From Bacillus subtilis subsp. subtilis str. 168 (GTDB lineage Bacteria > Bacillota > Bacilli > Bacillales > Bacillaceae): a stretch of DNA of 32,000 nt. Position numbers and translations under genes: made by a program. The stretch covers positions 240,001 to 272,000 of the forward strand of contig NC_000964.3 in the NCBI RefSeq assembly GCF_000009045.1, written 5' to 3'. Below are positions 8,278 through 17,790 of the stretch, one piece after another. The notes below the pieces were generated by a model. That model was not told the origin of the DNA and ran no database searches. It saw only the letters and a list, made by a program, of their open reading frames with translations. The stretch's first letter is position 1. Each line of letters opens with the position of its first letter.

Positions 8278-8756
8278 TTCAGCAGCTCATAGCGGATTAC
8301 GGTTATCTCGCTATTTTTTTGATGCTGGTATTAGGAATTGTAGGATTGCCGATTCCAGATGAAGTGATGATGACCGTTGTTGGCTATTTCACGCATACCG
8401 ATGTATTGAATTATGAGCTTTCGATATTGATTAGTTTTGTCGGGGCTTTGTTAGGTATGCTGATCAGCTACATGATTGGCAGAAAAGCCGGACGCCCGTT
8501 TATCGACAAGTACGGCAAGTGGGTCGGCTTAAAAGAAAAAAGAATGATGAAAGTGGAAAAATGGATGAAGAAATACGGTCCATATTCTCTTATTTTAGGT
8601 TATTTTATTCCCGGCGTCAGACATGTGACGTGCTACTTTTCGGGGATCGGCAAAATGGATCTGAAAACGTATGTTGCGTTTGCTGCAATCGGCGCCTTTT
8701 TATGGTGCTTTGTTTTTATTACAATCGGAAGGGTTATAGGGATTATTCATGTTTAA
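8268..8756 (+). CDS. ybfM: DedA-family membrane protein (SNARE-associated/VTT domain); recently linked to phosphatidylethanolamine (PE) transbilayer distribution (PetA)
   Basis: 162-aa polytopic ORF with a DedA-like segment (GRKAGRPFIDKYG..YFIPGVRHV). It overlaps pssA by 10 nt and psd by 8 nt. Confidence 0.9.
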   Translation: MELVQQLIADYGYLAIFLMLVLGIVGLPIPDEVMMTVVGYFTHTDVLNYELSILISFVGALLGMLISYMIGRKAGRPFIDKYGKWVGLKEKRMMKVEKWMKKYGPYSLILGYFIPGVRHVTCYFSGIGKMDLKTYVAFAAIGAFLWCFVFITIGRVIGIIHV

Positions 8757-9540
8757 TACGGCTGTAAAGATTCTGTATCGATCATTGATAGAGCTGACGA
8801 ATCATCGTCTGTCATCCTATCTGATTAAAGGATTTTGCGAGTCGAAAATCAGCAAACCGGTCATTCCGCTTTTCTCAAAACATTTTCGGCTGAATTGGGA
8901 TGATGTGGACGGTACGGCTGCTGATTACGGATCGCTGTCCGAATTGTTCATTCGACAAATAAATCTGGAGCGGCGCCCTGTGTCAAAAGAGGCGCATGCG
9001 GTGGTCAGCCCTGTTGACGGTGTGGTTCAGACGGTAGGAATCATCAACCCGAATCAAACCTTTACGGTGAAGGGAAAAGATTACTCATTCGCTGAGCTGA
9101 CCGGCTGTAAAAGCGCAGACCATCAATACAACGGCGGATATTTCGTCGTGCTGTATTTAAGCCCGAGGCATTATCACCGTTTCCATTCTCCGATCAGCTG
9201 CAGGTATCAAAAGCTGGCCGAGCTCGGAAATCGCTCATACCCGGTAAATCAACTAGGCTTAAAATACGGGAAAGATGTGCTGTCGAAAAATTATCGGTTT
9301 GTGTACGAGCTGAATAGCGGCAGCCGAAATGTCCTGATGATTCCTGTCGGCGCGATGAATATTAATTCTATCGTGCAGACGAATACCCGTACTGAATTGG
9401 AGATCGGCGAGGAGCTGGGATACTTTTCATTTGGCTCAACCGTCATTTTGGTTTTTGAAAAAGACGCGTTCCAGCCGTCCGCCCATTTAGCAGAAGGCCA
9501 AGAAGTCCAAGTCGGAGAACTGATAGGTTACGAAGAATAA
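8749..9540 (+). CDS. psd: Phosphatidylserine decarboxylase proenzyme
   Basis: 263 aa. Self-cleavage motif GYFSFGSTVIL (G-S-T) near the C-terminus, plus a conserved YLSPRHYHRFHSP block. Confidence 0.95.
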   Translation: MFNTAVKILYRSLIELTNHRLSSYLIKGFCESKISKPVIPLFSKHFRLNWDDVDGTAADYGSLSELFIRQINLERRPVSKEAHAVVSPVDGVVQTVGIINPNQTFTVKGKDYSFAELTGCKSADHQYNGGYFVVLYLSPRHYHRFHSPISCRYQKLAELGNRSYPVNQLGLKYGKDVLSKNYRFVYELNSGSRNVLMIPVGAMNINSIVQTNTRTELEIGEELGYFSFGSTVILVFEKDAFQPSAHLAEGQEVQVGELIGYEE

Positions 9541-9577
9541 AAAGAGGAGCTTGCATAAACGCAGCGCCTCTTTTTTT
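9541..9577 (+). terminator. Terminator-like hairpin plus U-tract after psd
   Basis: Imperfect stem agaggagcttgc/gcagcgcctct followed by TTTTTTT. It ends 17 nt before the ybfN start codon. Confidence 0.6.
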
Positions 9578-9594
9578 GAAGAAAGGTGAGATTC

Positions 9595-9873
9595 ATGGAG
9601 AAACAAATCATCAGCTGGATTACAGATTATCAGAACACCGGAGATGAAGCCGTCCTGCGGCAAGTGCGAGAAGTGTGCTGGCCGATCGTTGAAGCGGTTT
9701 TGCAAGAGAAAGTAATGGATGATGAACAAGCGAACAATTTGCGCGAAAAAGGAATCGAGCGGTTTCCATTCATCATCAGCAAATACCAAGCGGATGTGCA
9801 GCTTCCGGTTGAGACATTTTTACAAAATACGTATCGGTTTTACTTTCATCAGGTGATGAGAGAATCCAGCTAA
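9595..9873 (+). CDS. ybfN: Small hypothetical cytosolic protein (92 aa), no domain recognised
   Basis: ATG 9595 lies 6 nt after AAAGGTGA. The GTG 9586 start in the track sits inside the SD sequence. No TM segment or signal peptide. Confidence 0.7.
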
Positions 9874-9904
9874 AGCTTCTTTCAACAGAGAAGCTTTTTT
9901 TTGT
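9873..9904 (+). terminator. Rho-independent terminator of ybfN
   Basis: Stem aagcttct/agaagctt with an 8-nt loop, followed by TTTTTTTT. Confidence 0.8.
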
Positions 9905-9915
9905 TGGCAGGAAAA

Positions 9916-9942
9916 GGAAACTTTTTCTATATCTATCTCGTA
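9916..9942 (+). promoter_or_regulatory. ECF sigma-W-type promoter for ybfO (GGAAAC-N17-CGTA)
   Basis: GGAAAC at 9916-9921 and CGTA at 9939-9942, compared with the sigma-W consensus TGAAAC-N16-CGTA. ybfO is reported as a sigma-W regulon member. Confidence 0.6.
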
Positions 9943-9978
9943 ATGACTAGAGAACCTAGCAGAAAAGGAGAGATAGAA

Positions 9979-11319
9979 TTGAAACGAATGATAGTGAGAA
10001 TGACCCTGCCGCTGCTGATCGTTTGTCTGGCGTTTTCTTCTTTTTCAGCCTCAGCCCGTGCTGCTTCTGAAGAAAAATATTGGGATCACTGGATTGAACG
10101 ACATGCACAGCCTCTGGATGCTTCCAATGCTTCAAACAAAGACCTTCGATTTCTAAAAAAGGTGCTGAAGGGAAAACGAATCGTTCAGTTAGGAGAAACC
10201 ACACACGGTGCTGGCGAAATCAATGCCACAAAGGTCAGAATGATCAAATACCTCCACGAAGAGCTGGGATACGATGTATTGGCCTTTGAATCCGGCTTTC
10301 CTGATACAAATGCATCCTACCTTAATATGGACCAATTAACCCCTAAAAGCACGATGAAAAACTCCATTTACGCTGTATGGCACACAGAAGATGTCGTCGA
10401 ATTGTTTGATTACATGAAAGAGCAAAAAGAGAAAGGCGATCCGCTGATCCTTACCGGTTTTGATATTCAAAGCATGAAGAATTCATTCAATGTAGCTGCG
10501 ACTCAATGGGTAAAAGCGGTGGACCCTGAGAAAGCAGAGTTGCTCTCCCAATCAGAAAATGATTTTTCAACATTAGTGACAGACAGCAATACGTTTGATG
10601 AATTTTCGCAAAAGAAGGAAAAGCTTGTGAAAAACTATCAGAAGCTGATCAAGTTCACTAAAACACATGCTTCAGAGCTAAAAGAAAACCTTCCAAAAGA
10701 GCCGAAAGCTTATGAGATGTTTATGCATTCTCTTCAGCTGAGAATTGACGTAATGGAAACATATATGCTGGAAGAAATGAAAGAAAAACTAGAGGAGTAT
10801 CCGGAGAATATTGAGGATTTTTCATTCTTTATGAGAGACCGCATGATGGCTGAACAATTTCAGTGGGTAGCCGACACCCTTTATCCGAAAAAGAAAATCA
10901 TTGTCTGGGGCCACAATTACCATCTACGCAAACAGAATACGAAGATGATAAAGGACTGGGTACAGCTAAACGGCCCTAACATGGGTGATTATTTGCCGGA
11001 GCGGCTGAAAAAACAAACATATACGATTGGCATTTATGCTTACTCAGGTGCGAGTCTTGATAGCTCCGATAATAAGACTGTTAAGCCGGTTACAAGCCCG
11101 CCGCCGTCTGGGAGCCTTGAAGCTTTGCTGAAAGCGGCGGACCGACCGGCTGTTTTTGTTGATTTTCTCCATACAAAAAACAAGAAAGGCACTTCGTGGA
11201 TGTATACCCCGCGGACTGCGCTCTATTGGGGGTACATGGAAGAGCAGATGATCCTGAAGGAACAATATGACGGTGTCATTTGGCTGGAGCATATCACGCC
11301 CTCTGTCATTATCAAGTGA
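9979..11319 (+). CDS. ybfO: Secreted erythromycin-esterase-family (Ere/ChaN/TIKI superfamily) hydrolase homologue
   Basis: TTG 9979 lies 8 nt after AAAGGAGAG. Signal peptide MKRMIVRMTLPLLIVCLAFSSFSASARA. Ere-like blocks GETTHGAGE, FESGF and WGHNYH. 446 aa. Confidence 0.85.
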   Translation: MKRMIVRMTLPLLIVCLAFSSFSASARAASEEKYWDHWIERHAQPLDASNASNKDLRFLKKVLKGKRIVQLGETTHGAGEINATKVRMIKYLHEELGYDVLAFESGFPDTNASYLNMDQLTPKSTMKNSIYAVWHTEDVVELFDYMKEQKEKGDPLILTGFDIQSMKNSFNVAATQWVKAVDPEKAELLSQSENDFSTLVTDSNTFDEFSQKKEKLVKNYQKLIKFTKTHASELKENLPKEPKAYEMFMHSLQLRIDVMETYMLEEMKEKLEEYPENIEDFSFFMRDRMMAEQFQWVADTLYPKKKIIVWGHNYHLRKQNTKMIKDWVQLNGPNMGDYLPERLKKQTYTIGIYAYSGASLDSSDNKTVKPVTSPPPSGSLEALLKAADRPAVFVDFLHTKNKKGTSWMYTPRTALYWGYMEEQMILKEQYDGVIWLEHITPSVIIK

Positions 11320-11325
11320 GCGGTG

Positions 11326-11351
11326 TCCCCTGTGGTAAACAGGGGATTTTT
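11326..11351 (+). terminator. Rho-independent terminator of ybfO
   Basis: Stem tcccctgt/acagggga with a 5-nt loop, followed by TTTTT. Confidence 0.85.
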
Positions 11352-11426
11352 ACATATCGCAAAAATAATCAAAACATATAATCCGTGATCCATTATTCTA
11401 AAACAGAAAGGAGATTGGAGCGTGCA

Positions 11427-12314
11427 ATGTATTATGAAAAAGCTGTCCAGAAAACAATCAATTGGATTGAATCACATTTACATGAGCAAATATCAAACGA
11501 GGATATTGTTAACGTTTCAAGCTTTTCAAAATTCCATTTTCATCGGATTTTTCAAAAAGAAGTCGGCATGTCGGTTGCTTCTTATATTCGGTTAAGACGT
11601 CTTGCGAATGCGGCGGCAGCTTTGCTTTATACAGATCATCGTATTATCGATATTGCTTTGTATTATCAGTTTGAATCTCAAGAAGCATTTACGAGGACGT
11701 TCAAAAAGATGTATCACATGCCGCCAGGAGCATACCGAACATTTATGAAACGCTTTACTTCAAAAAAGGAGGAATCTTACATGGAGAAAAAAATGAAAGG
11801 CTGGGTATTGAGCGGGAGCCATCCGTTCCAATTCGAAATGGGGATTGACCGGGAAAATGTACATCAGGGAAAAGCTTCAGGGTATTTAAAGTCAACGATG
11901 GTTCAGGATATCGGTGAATTTGCGACGATGATGCAGCAATTCAAAGCAGATCGCTATCTAGGAAAAAGGCTTCGTCTATCAAGTTTTATCAAAACAAAGG
12001 GGGTGCAGCATTTTGCCTCACTTTGGATGCGGGTTGACAGTGCTGCTGATGATGTTCTCCAATTTGATAATATGAGCAACAGACCTATTACCGGAACAAC
12101 CAATTGGAATCATTATGCTATCGTTTTAGATGTCCCAGAAAATAGCGCTGTGATATCTTTTGGCGTTCAATTATCTGGGCCGGGTCAGGTGTGGATGGAT
12201 CATGTTGTTTTTGAAGAGGTAGATGAGAGCGTTCCTTCAACAAACCTTGAAATGCCGGGAGAACTTTTAGATGAACCGGTAAATTTATCTTTTGAAGAGG
12301 AACTACAAAAATAG
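11427..12314 (+). CDS. ybfP: AraC-family regulator with N-terminal HTH and an uncharacterised beta-rich C-terminal domain
   Basis: ATG 11427 after GAAAGGAG. HTH segment VSSFSKFHFHRIFQKEVGMSVASYIRLRR..FESQEAFTRTFKKMYHMPPGAYR. The roughly 180-aa C-terminal part shows no cupin or GyrI signature that I can recognise. Confidence 0.85.
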   Translation: MYYEKAVQKTINWIESHLHEQISNEDIVNVSSFSKFHFHRIFQKEVGMSVASYIRLRRLANAAAALLYTDHRIIDIALYYQFESQEAFTRTFKKMYHMPPGAYRTFMKRFTSKKEESYMEKKMKGWVLSGSHPFQFEMGIDRENVHQGKASGYLKSTMVQDIGEFATMMQQFKADRYLGKRLRLSSFIKTKGVQHFASLWMRVDSAADDVLQFDNMSNRPITGTTNWNHYAIVLDVPENSAVISFGVQLSGPGQVWMDHVVFEEVDESVPSTNLEMPGELLDEPVNLSFEEELQK

Positions 12315-12510
12315 TTTTCAGACAACTACTTTTATTAGTGAGTTAATGGAAAATACTATTTGTTATTAATAAACCCTTGTGCTGCTTAGGTTTGTAAGAG
12401 CTTGGATATTTTTATCAGTCTGGGCGGATCTGTTCATCTTTGCGGCATTTTCCTGTATGATATAGTAAGAGTGTGCATAGCAACTAACTATAATTGAACA
12501 GGGTGTTTAA

Positions 12511-13481
<971 letters not shown>

Positions 13482-13482
<1 letters not shown>

Positions 13483-13517
13483 AAAAAGAACACCTCGTAT
13501 TGAGGTGTTCTTTTTTT
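13482..13517. terminator. Bidirectional terminator between convergent trhO and gltP
   Basis: AAAAAAA-gaacacctc-gtatt-gaggtgttc-TTTTTTT, which is symmetric with A and U tracts on both sides. Confidence 0.9.
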
Positions 13518-14762
13518 CTATATGCTTTCAGTTTGGCTGTTTGCGGAAACCCATTCTTTTTGGCGGAAGGCCTTTTCCCATTTTGATACCACGATACAGG
13601 CGATCGCATGTCCCGGTACGTTCACGCCTGTTCTCGCCATGTCCATGACGCGGTCAACACCCGCGATAATGGCAACGCCTTCAGCCGGCAGTCCTACAGC
13701 ATTGGCAGTCGCCAGAAGAACTACAAGCGATCCTGAGGGTACAGCTGCAATGCCTTTACTGGTCATCACAAGCACAAGCATCATGAGCAGCTGCTGGGAC
13801 AATGTCATGTCTACTTGAAAGGCCTGTGCGAGAAAGATACAAGAAACCGATAAATATAAGCTGGAGCCGTCACAGTTCAATGACAAGCCGGAGGGAACGA
13901 CAAATGATACCACTCGTTTGGGACAGCCGTATTTCTCCATTCTATCCATCAGCTGAGGGAGAATGGTTTCAGTGCTTGTGGTGGAAAATGCAATTAAAAA
14001 CAGATCCCATATCATTTTCAATACTTCGAAATACTTAATCTGAAAGATGAGACCGACAAGCGGAAAGAGGACAAAGAGGATCAGGAACAGGCCAAGGAAT
14101 ACGGTGCCAACCAGCTTAAACATAGGGAGGAGGAGTTCAATGCCATATTGGCCTACAGAAGCAGCCATCAGGGCTAACACGCCGATAGGAGCAGTGACCA
14201 TGACGATTTGCGTGAGCTTGAACATAATCTGAGCTGTAGATTCAAAAAACTTCATTACTGGTTCAGAAGCTTTGCCGATACCAGCTGCGGCGACACCAAA
14301 TAAAATGGCGAAGAAAATAACGGCAAGCAAATCATTTCTGGCCATGACATCAATAATGTTTGTAGGGATAATATCCAGGATCATTTGCTTGAAATCAACA
14401 ACTTTGTCTGTGTAGCCGGAAAGTTCATGAATATCTTTTTTTGCCAAATGGGAGAGGTCAAGCCCGACACCTGGTTTTAAGACATTCGCTAATAAAAGTC
14501 CAAGCCCTAATACCAACGTTGTAATCACTTCGAACCAAATGATCGTCTTGATGCCGAGACTGCCCATTTTTTTCATGCTTCCGCTTCCTGCGGCTCCAAT
14601 GACAATGGTAGAAAATACAATCGGCACAACAATCATTTTAATCAGGCGGATAAATCCATCTCCGACAGGCCTCAGTGCCATCCCGAAATCAGGAAAAAAG
14701 TGGCCGATCACCGCGCCGACAGCCAAAGCGATTAAAATTTGAAACGCGATTAATTTTTTCAA
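13518..14762 (-). CDS. gltP: Proton/sodium-glutamate(aspartate) symporter, DAACS family
   Basis: 414 aa with TTG start after AAAGGGGGA. Typical dicarboxylate/amino acid:cation symporter blocks (..SLNCDGSSLY.., ..GVDRVMDMARTGVNV..). Confidence 0.93.
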   Translation of the reverse strand: MKKLIAFQILIALAVGAVIGHFFPDFGMALRPVGDGFIRLIKMIVVPIVFSTIVIGAAGSGSMKKMGSLGIKTIIWFEVITTLVLGLGLLLANVLKPGVGLDLSHLAKKDIHELSGYTDKVVDFKQMILDIIPTNIIDVMARNDLLAVIFFAILFGVAAAGIGKASEPVMKFFESTAQIMFKLTQIVMVTAPIGVLALMAASVGQYGIELLLPMFKLVGTVFLGLFLILFVLFPLVGLIFQIKYFEVLKMIWDLFLIAFSTTSTETILPQLMDRMEKYGCPKRVVSFVVPSGLSLNCDGSSLYLSVSCIFLAQAFQVDMTLSQQLLMMLVLVMTSKGIAAVPSGSLVVLLATANAVGLPAEGVAIIAGVDRVMDMARTGVNVPGHAIACIVVSKWEKAFRQKEWVSANSQTESI

Positions 14763-14851
14763 ATGAATCCCCCTTTAGAACGATAGAATGTAGGCATATT
14801 CATATCATTCGTGATTCAAATGCAAACACCTTTTTTCAAGTTATTTTATTT

Positions 14852-14865
14852 TGACAGCGCTTTCA
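14852..14865 (-). promoter_or_regulatory. cre (CcpA/HPr-Ser-P) box, 14/14 match to TGWAANCGNTNWCA
   Basis: The minus strand reads TGAAAGCGCTGTCA. It lies 90-103 nt upstream of the gltP start codon and just downstream of the gamP terminator. Confidence 0.6.
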
Positions 14866-14876
14866 TTATGTTGGCG

Positions 14877-14908
14877 AAAAAGTCCCCCGCAGCAGGGGGG
14901 ACTTTTTT
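14877..14908 (-). terminator. Rho-independent terminator of gamP (hairpin symmetric, usable in both directions)
   Basis: Stem gggggac / gtccccc with a 7-nt loop, followed by a U-run on the minus strand. The gamP stop codon lies in the flanking A/T tract. Confidence 0.8.
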
Positions 14909-16802
14909 ACTTCATTTGAATGTGCTTTAGATCTTCTTCAGAGGTATTTGTGAAAATAACCGGTGTTATGGCTGAAGCGGCATGCTGCTTGATGTAATTG
15001 AGATCAAAGGTGAGAAGCAGTTCGCCTTGTTTGACGGCTTGTCCGCTTGTGACATGTGCTTCAAAGCCTTCCCCATTCAGTTTGACGGTATCGATGCCGA
15101 CATGAATCAGGATTTCAGTGCCGCCGGCGCTCATAAAGCCGATGGCGTGTTTTGTCGGAAAAATCGAGACGATCTCGCCGTCCGCAGGTGCAACGACTTT
15201 TCCTTCTGATGGTATAATCGCAAATCCCTCGCCCATCATTTTTTCTGAAAAGACCTGATCAGGCACATCCCCTAAAGAGACTGTTTCTCCTTTAATCGGA
15301 TAAATAAAGGTCTCATCGGAATCGGGCTTCAGCGGTTTGTCAGTTACCGTGTCCAGCGCGGCGGCGGTGGCAGGGACGCCTCCGGCCATGATTGTTTTGA
15401 TGTCGTCTTTTAAGGCATCGGACTTGGTTCCGAATATTGCCTGGAAGTTGTTGTTGACCTCCAGCACACCTACTGCACCAAGCCGTTTTAATTCATCCTT
15501 GCAGACTTGGCTTGGCTGATGAACGGTCACACGAAGCCTTGTGATACATGCATCCAGGTTAGCGATATTTTGCTGTCCGCCCAAGGCCTGCAGCACGTGA
15601 AAGGCAAGCTGGTCTTTTGCAACTGGAGCTTTCTCCTCATTCTGACCGTCTTCATCTGTCTCACGGCCGGGCGTTTTCAAATTCCATTTCAGAATCGCAA
15701 ATCGGAACAAATAATAATAAATGAAAGCAAACACGATCCCGACAGGAATGACAACCCAGCCGTTTGTAGACAGTCCGTAGTTCAAGACGTAGTCAATTCC
15801 TCCGCCTGAGAACGTATAGCCGTGGCGGACATGGAATAAATCACAAACGACAAAGATGACGCCGGCAAGAATAGAGTTAATCAAATAGAGCACGGGCGCA
15901 ACGAACAAGAAAGAAAACTCAACCGGTTCTGTAATTCCGGTCAGCATAGATGTGAGCGCCGCAGAAATCATCACGCCGGAGATCATTTTTTTCTTTTCCG
16001 GACGCGCGGTATGGATAATGGCAAGAGCAACGGCCGGCAGACAGAAAATCATGTAAGGGAAATCCCCCATCATAAAGCGCCCGGCTGTCGGGTCTCCCGC
16101 GAAAAACCTTGTCAGGTCGCCGGTTACGGTGTTGCCTGTTGATGGGTCTGTGTATTCTCCCATCATAAAATAGAAAGGCGTATAAAAAATATGATGCAGG
16201 CCAAAAGGAATCAGCAAACGATAGATCGTTGCATAAAAGAACAGGCCGACTGTTGAATCGGCAATTAAACTGCTGGCTGCGTTAATTCCGTTTTGGATCA
16301 GCGGCCAAACGAATGAGAAAATGACGCCGATCACCAATGAACTGACGGAAGTAATGATCGGGACAAAGCGTTTTCCAGAGAAAAATCCAAGGACCGGATG
16401 CAGCTCGATTGATGAAAATCGCTTATATAAATAGGCGGCGAGAAGCCCGATAATGATTCCTCCGAAAACCCCCATATCAATCAGGTGCTCGGCTCCTTCA
16501 TACGGAGGCTGAAGGCCGAGTAATTTTCCCATATTGTCGAGGGTGACGGTTAAAATTAAGTATCCGATGACAGCGGCAAGTCCGGCTACACCTTCTCCGC
16601 CGGCTAATCCGATCGCGACCCCCACGGCGAAAATCAGCGGAAGGTTATCGAATACAACGCCGCCCGCATCCTTTATAATAGGGATGTTCAGTAAATCCTT
16701 GTCTCCGAAACGGAGCAAAAGACCTGCTGCCGGCAGGACGGCAACCGGAGTCATCAACGCGCGGCCAAGCTGCTGCAGAATTTGAAATGCCTTTTTAAAC
16801 AT
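14907..16802 (-). CDS. gamP: PTS glucosamine-specific EIICBA component
   Basis: 631 aa. Glucose-family EIIC membrane domain, EIIB motif NLDACITRLRV (phospho-Cys), and EIIA motif ILIHVGIDTVKLNGEGF (phospho-His). Confidence 0.93.
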   Translation of the reverse strand: MFKKAFQILQQLGRALMTPVAVLPAAGLLLRFGDKDLLNIPIIKDAGGVVFDNLPLIFAVGVAIGLAGGEGVAGLAAVIGYLILTVTLDNMGKLLGLQPPYEGAEHLIDMGVFGGIIIGLLAAYLYKRFSSIELHPVLGFFSGKRFVPIITSVSSLVIGVIFSFVWPLIQNGINAASSLIADSTVGLFFYATIYRLLIPFGLHHIFYTPFYFMMGEYTDPSTGNTVTGDLTRFFAGDPTAGRFMMGDFPYMIFCLPAVALAIIHTARPEKKKMISGVMISAALTSMLTGITEPVEFSFLFVAPVLYLINSILAGVIFVVCDLFHVRHGYTFSGGGIDYVLNYGLSTNGWVVIPVGIVFAFIYYYLFRFAILKWNLKTPGRETDEDGQNEEKAPVAKDQLAFHVLQALGGQQNIANLDACITRLRVTVHQPSQVCKDELKRLGAVGVLEVNNNFQAIFGTKSDALKDDIKTIMAGGVPATAAALDTVTDKPLKPDSDETFIYPIKGETVSLGDVPDQVFSEKMMGEGFAIIPSEGKVVAPADGEIVSIFPTKHAIGFMSAGGTEILIHVGIDTVKLNGEGFEAHVTSGQAVKQGELLLTFDLNYIKQHAASAITPVIFTNTSEEDLKHIQMK

Positions 16803-16822
16803 GACAGTCTCCTTTTATTGTG

Positions 16823-17572
16823 TTATGAGAATGATGCACTCTTTAATTTTTGAGCTGCTTTATAATCGGCGATAACGGTTACATGATTGTGTTTTTGAAG
16901 AATGGAGGCTGGTACATCTGTCGTGACAGGACCTTCAGCCATCTTTTGAATGGCGTCTGCTTTTTCCTCGCCGCTTGCTAAAAGCACAATATGTTTGCTG
17001 AATTCCATGATGGTTTTAATGCCCATTGAAATCGCGAGTCTCGGAACCAGCACCGGATCGCCGCCGAAGAATCTGGCATTTGCCTGTATCGTGCTTTCCG
17101 AGAGCTTCACAACACGTGTCCGGTCTTCAAAATCAGATCCCGGTTCATTAAAACCGATATGGCCATTGGCGCCGATGCCGAGAATTTGGACATCAATGCC
17201 TCCCGCCTGGCGGATGAGATCCTCGTATACTTTGCATGCCGCCTCAAGCTGCGGATTGTCTCCTTGCGGGATATGAATATGATCAGGCTGCATATTGATA
17301 TGCTGAAAAAGATGCTCATGCATAAAATGGTTATAACTTTGCGGATGAGATGGAGAGAGACCAGCATATTCATCCAAATTAAATGTAGTAACCTTTGAAA
17401 AATCAATTTCGCCTGCCTGATAGTCTGAAATCAACTGCTTATACAAGCCGACCGGTGTGCTTCCTGTTGCCAGGCCGAGAACGGCATCTTTCTTAGCTTG
17501 TATTTGTTCTTTAATAATGGCAGCGCTTAACTTACAGAGTTCTTCGTAGTGCTCGGCGATCAGAATCTTCAT
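16823..17572 (-). CDS. gamA: Glucosamine-6-phosphate deaminase (NagB paralogue)
   Basis: Start trimmed to ATG 17572 after GAGGGGG. Motifs GLATGSTP and ILGIGANGHIGFNEPG. 249 aa. Confidence 0.93.
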   Translation of the reverse strand: MKILIAEHYEELCKLSAAIIKEQIQAKKDAVLGLATGSTPVGLYKQLISDYQAGEIDFSKVTTFNLDEYAGLSPSHPQSYNHFMHEHLFQHINMQPDHIHIPQGDNPQLEAACKVYEDLIRQAGGIDVQILGIGANGHIGFNEPGSDFEDRTRVVKLSESTIQANARFFGGDPVLVPRLAISMGIKTIMEFSKHIVLLASGEEKADAIQKMAEGPVTTDVPASILQKHNHVTVIADYKAAQKLKSASFS

Positions 17573-17610
17573 GTGACACCCCCTCAAAGAGATAGACAAG
17601 CACCATATTT

Positions 17611-17641
17611 GTTATGACCAATTTATGATACTTGTCATTAC
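17611..17641. promoter_or_regulatory. Candidate GamR (GntR/HutC-type) operator: inverted repeat GTTATGAC-N15-GTCATTAC
   Basis: The half-sites (17611-17618 and 17634-17641) lie just downstream of the candidate gamA -10 element. A related segment TGGTATTATGGTCT occurs at 17735-17748. Confidence 0.35.
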
Positions 17642-17642
17642 G

Positions 17643-17672
17643 AATTTAGCACCGCCCTTATCAAACTGTCAA
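17643..17672 (-). promoter_or_regulatory. Candidate sigma-A promoter of gamAP (TTGACA-18-TGcTAAATT)
   Basis: Perfect -35 element (reverse complement of 17667-17672) and an extended -10 element TGnTAAATT (reverse complement of 17643-17651). Motif reading only. Confidence 0.35.
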
Positions 17673-17715
17673 TATTAATTTCTGAAAATTTGTTATAAAA
17701 GAAGGATACAAATCT

Positions 17716-17744
17716 TTCATATTGGGAGGGCAAATGGTATTATG
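17716..17744 (+). promoter_or_regulatory. Candidate sigma-A promoter of gamR (TTCATA-17-TATTAT with upstream TG)
   Basis: -35 element at 17716-17721 and TGgTATTAT at 17736-17744. Motif reading only. Confidence 0.3.
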
Positions 17745-17790
17745 GTCTCAATGAAAAAGAACGGATTGCATACAGAATGGGGAGAATGAA

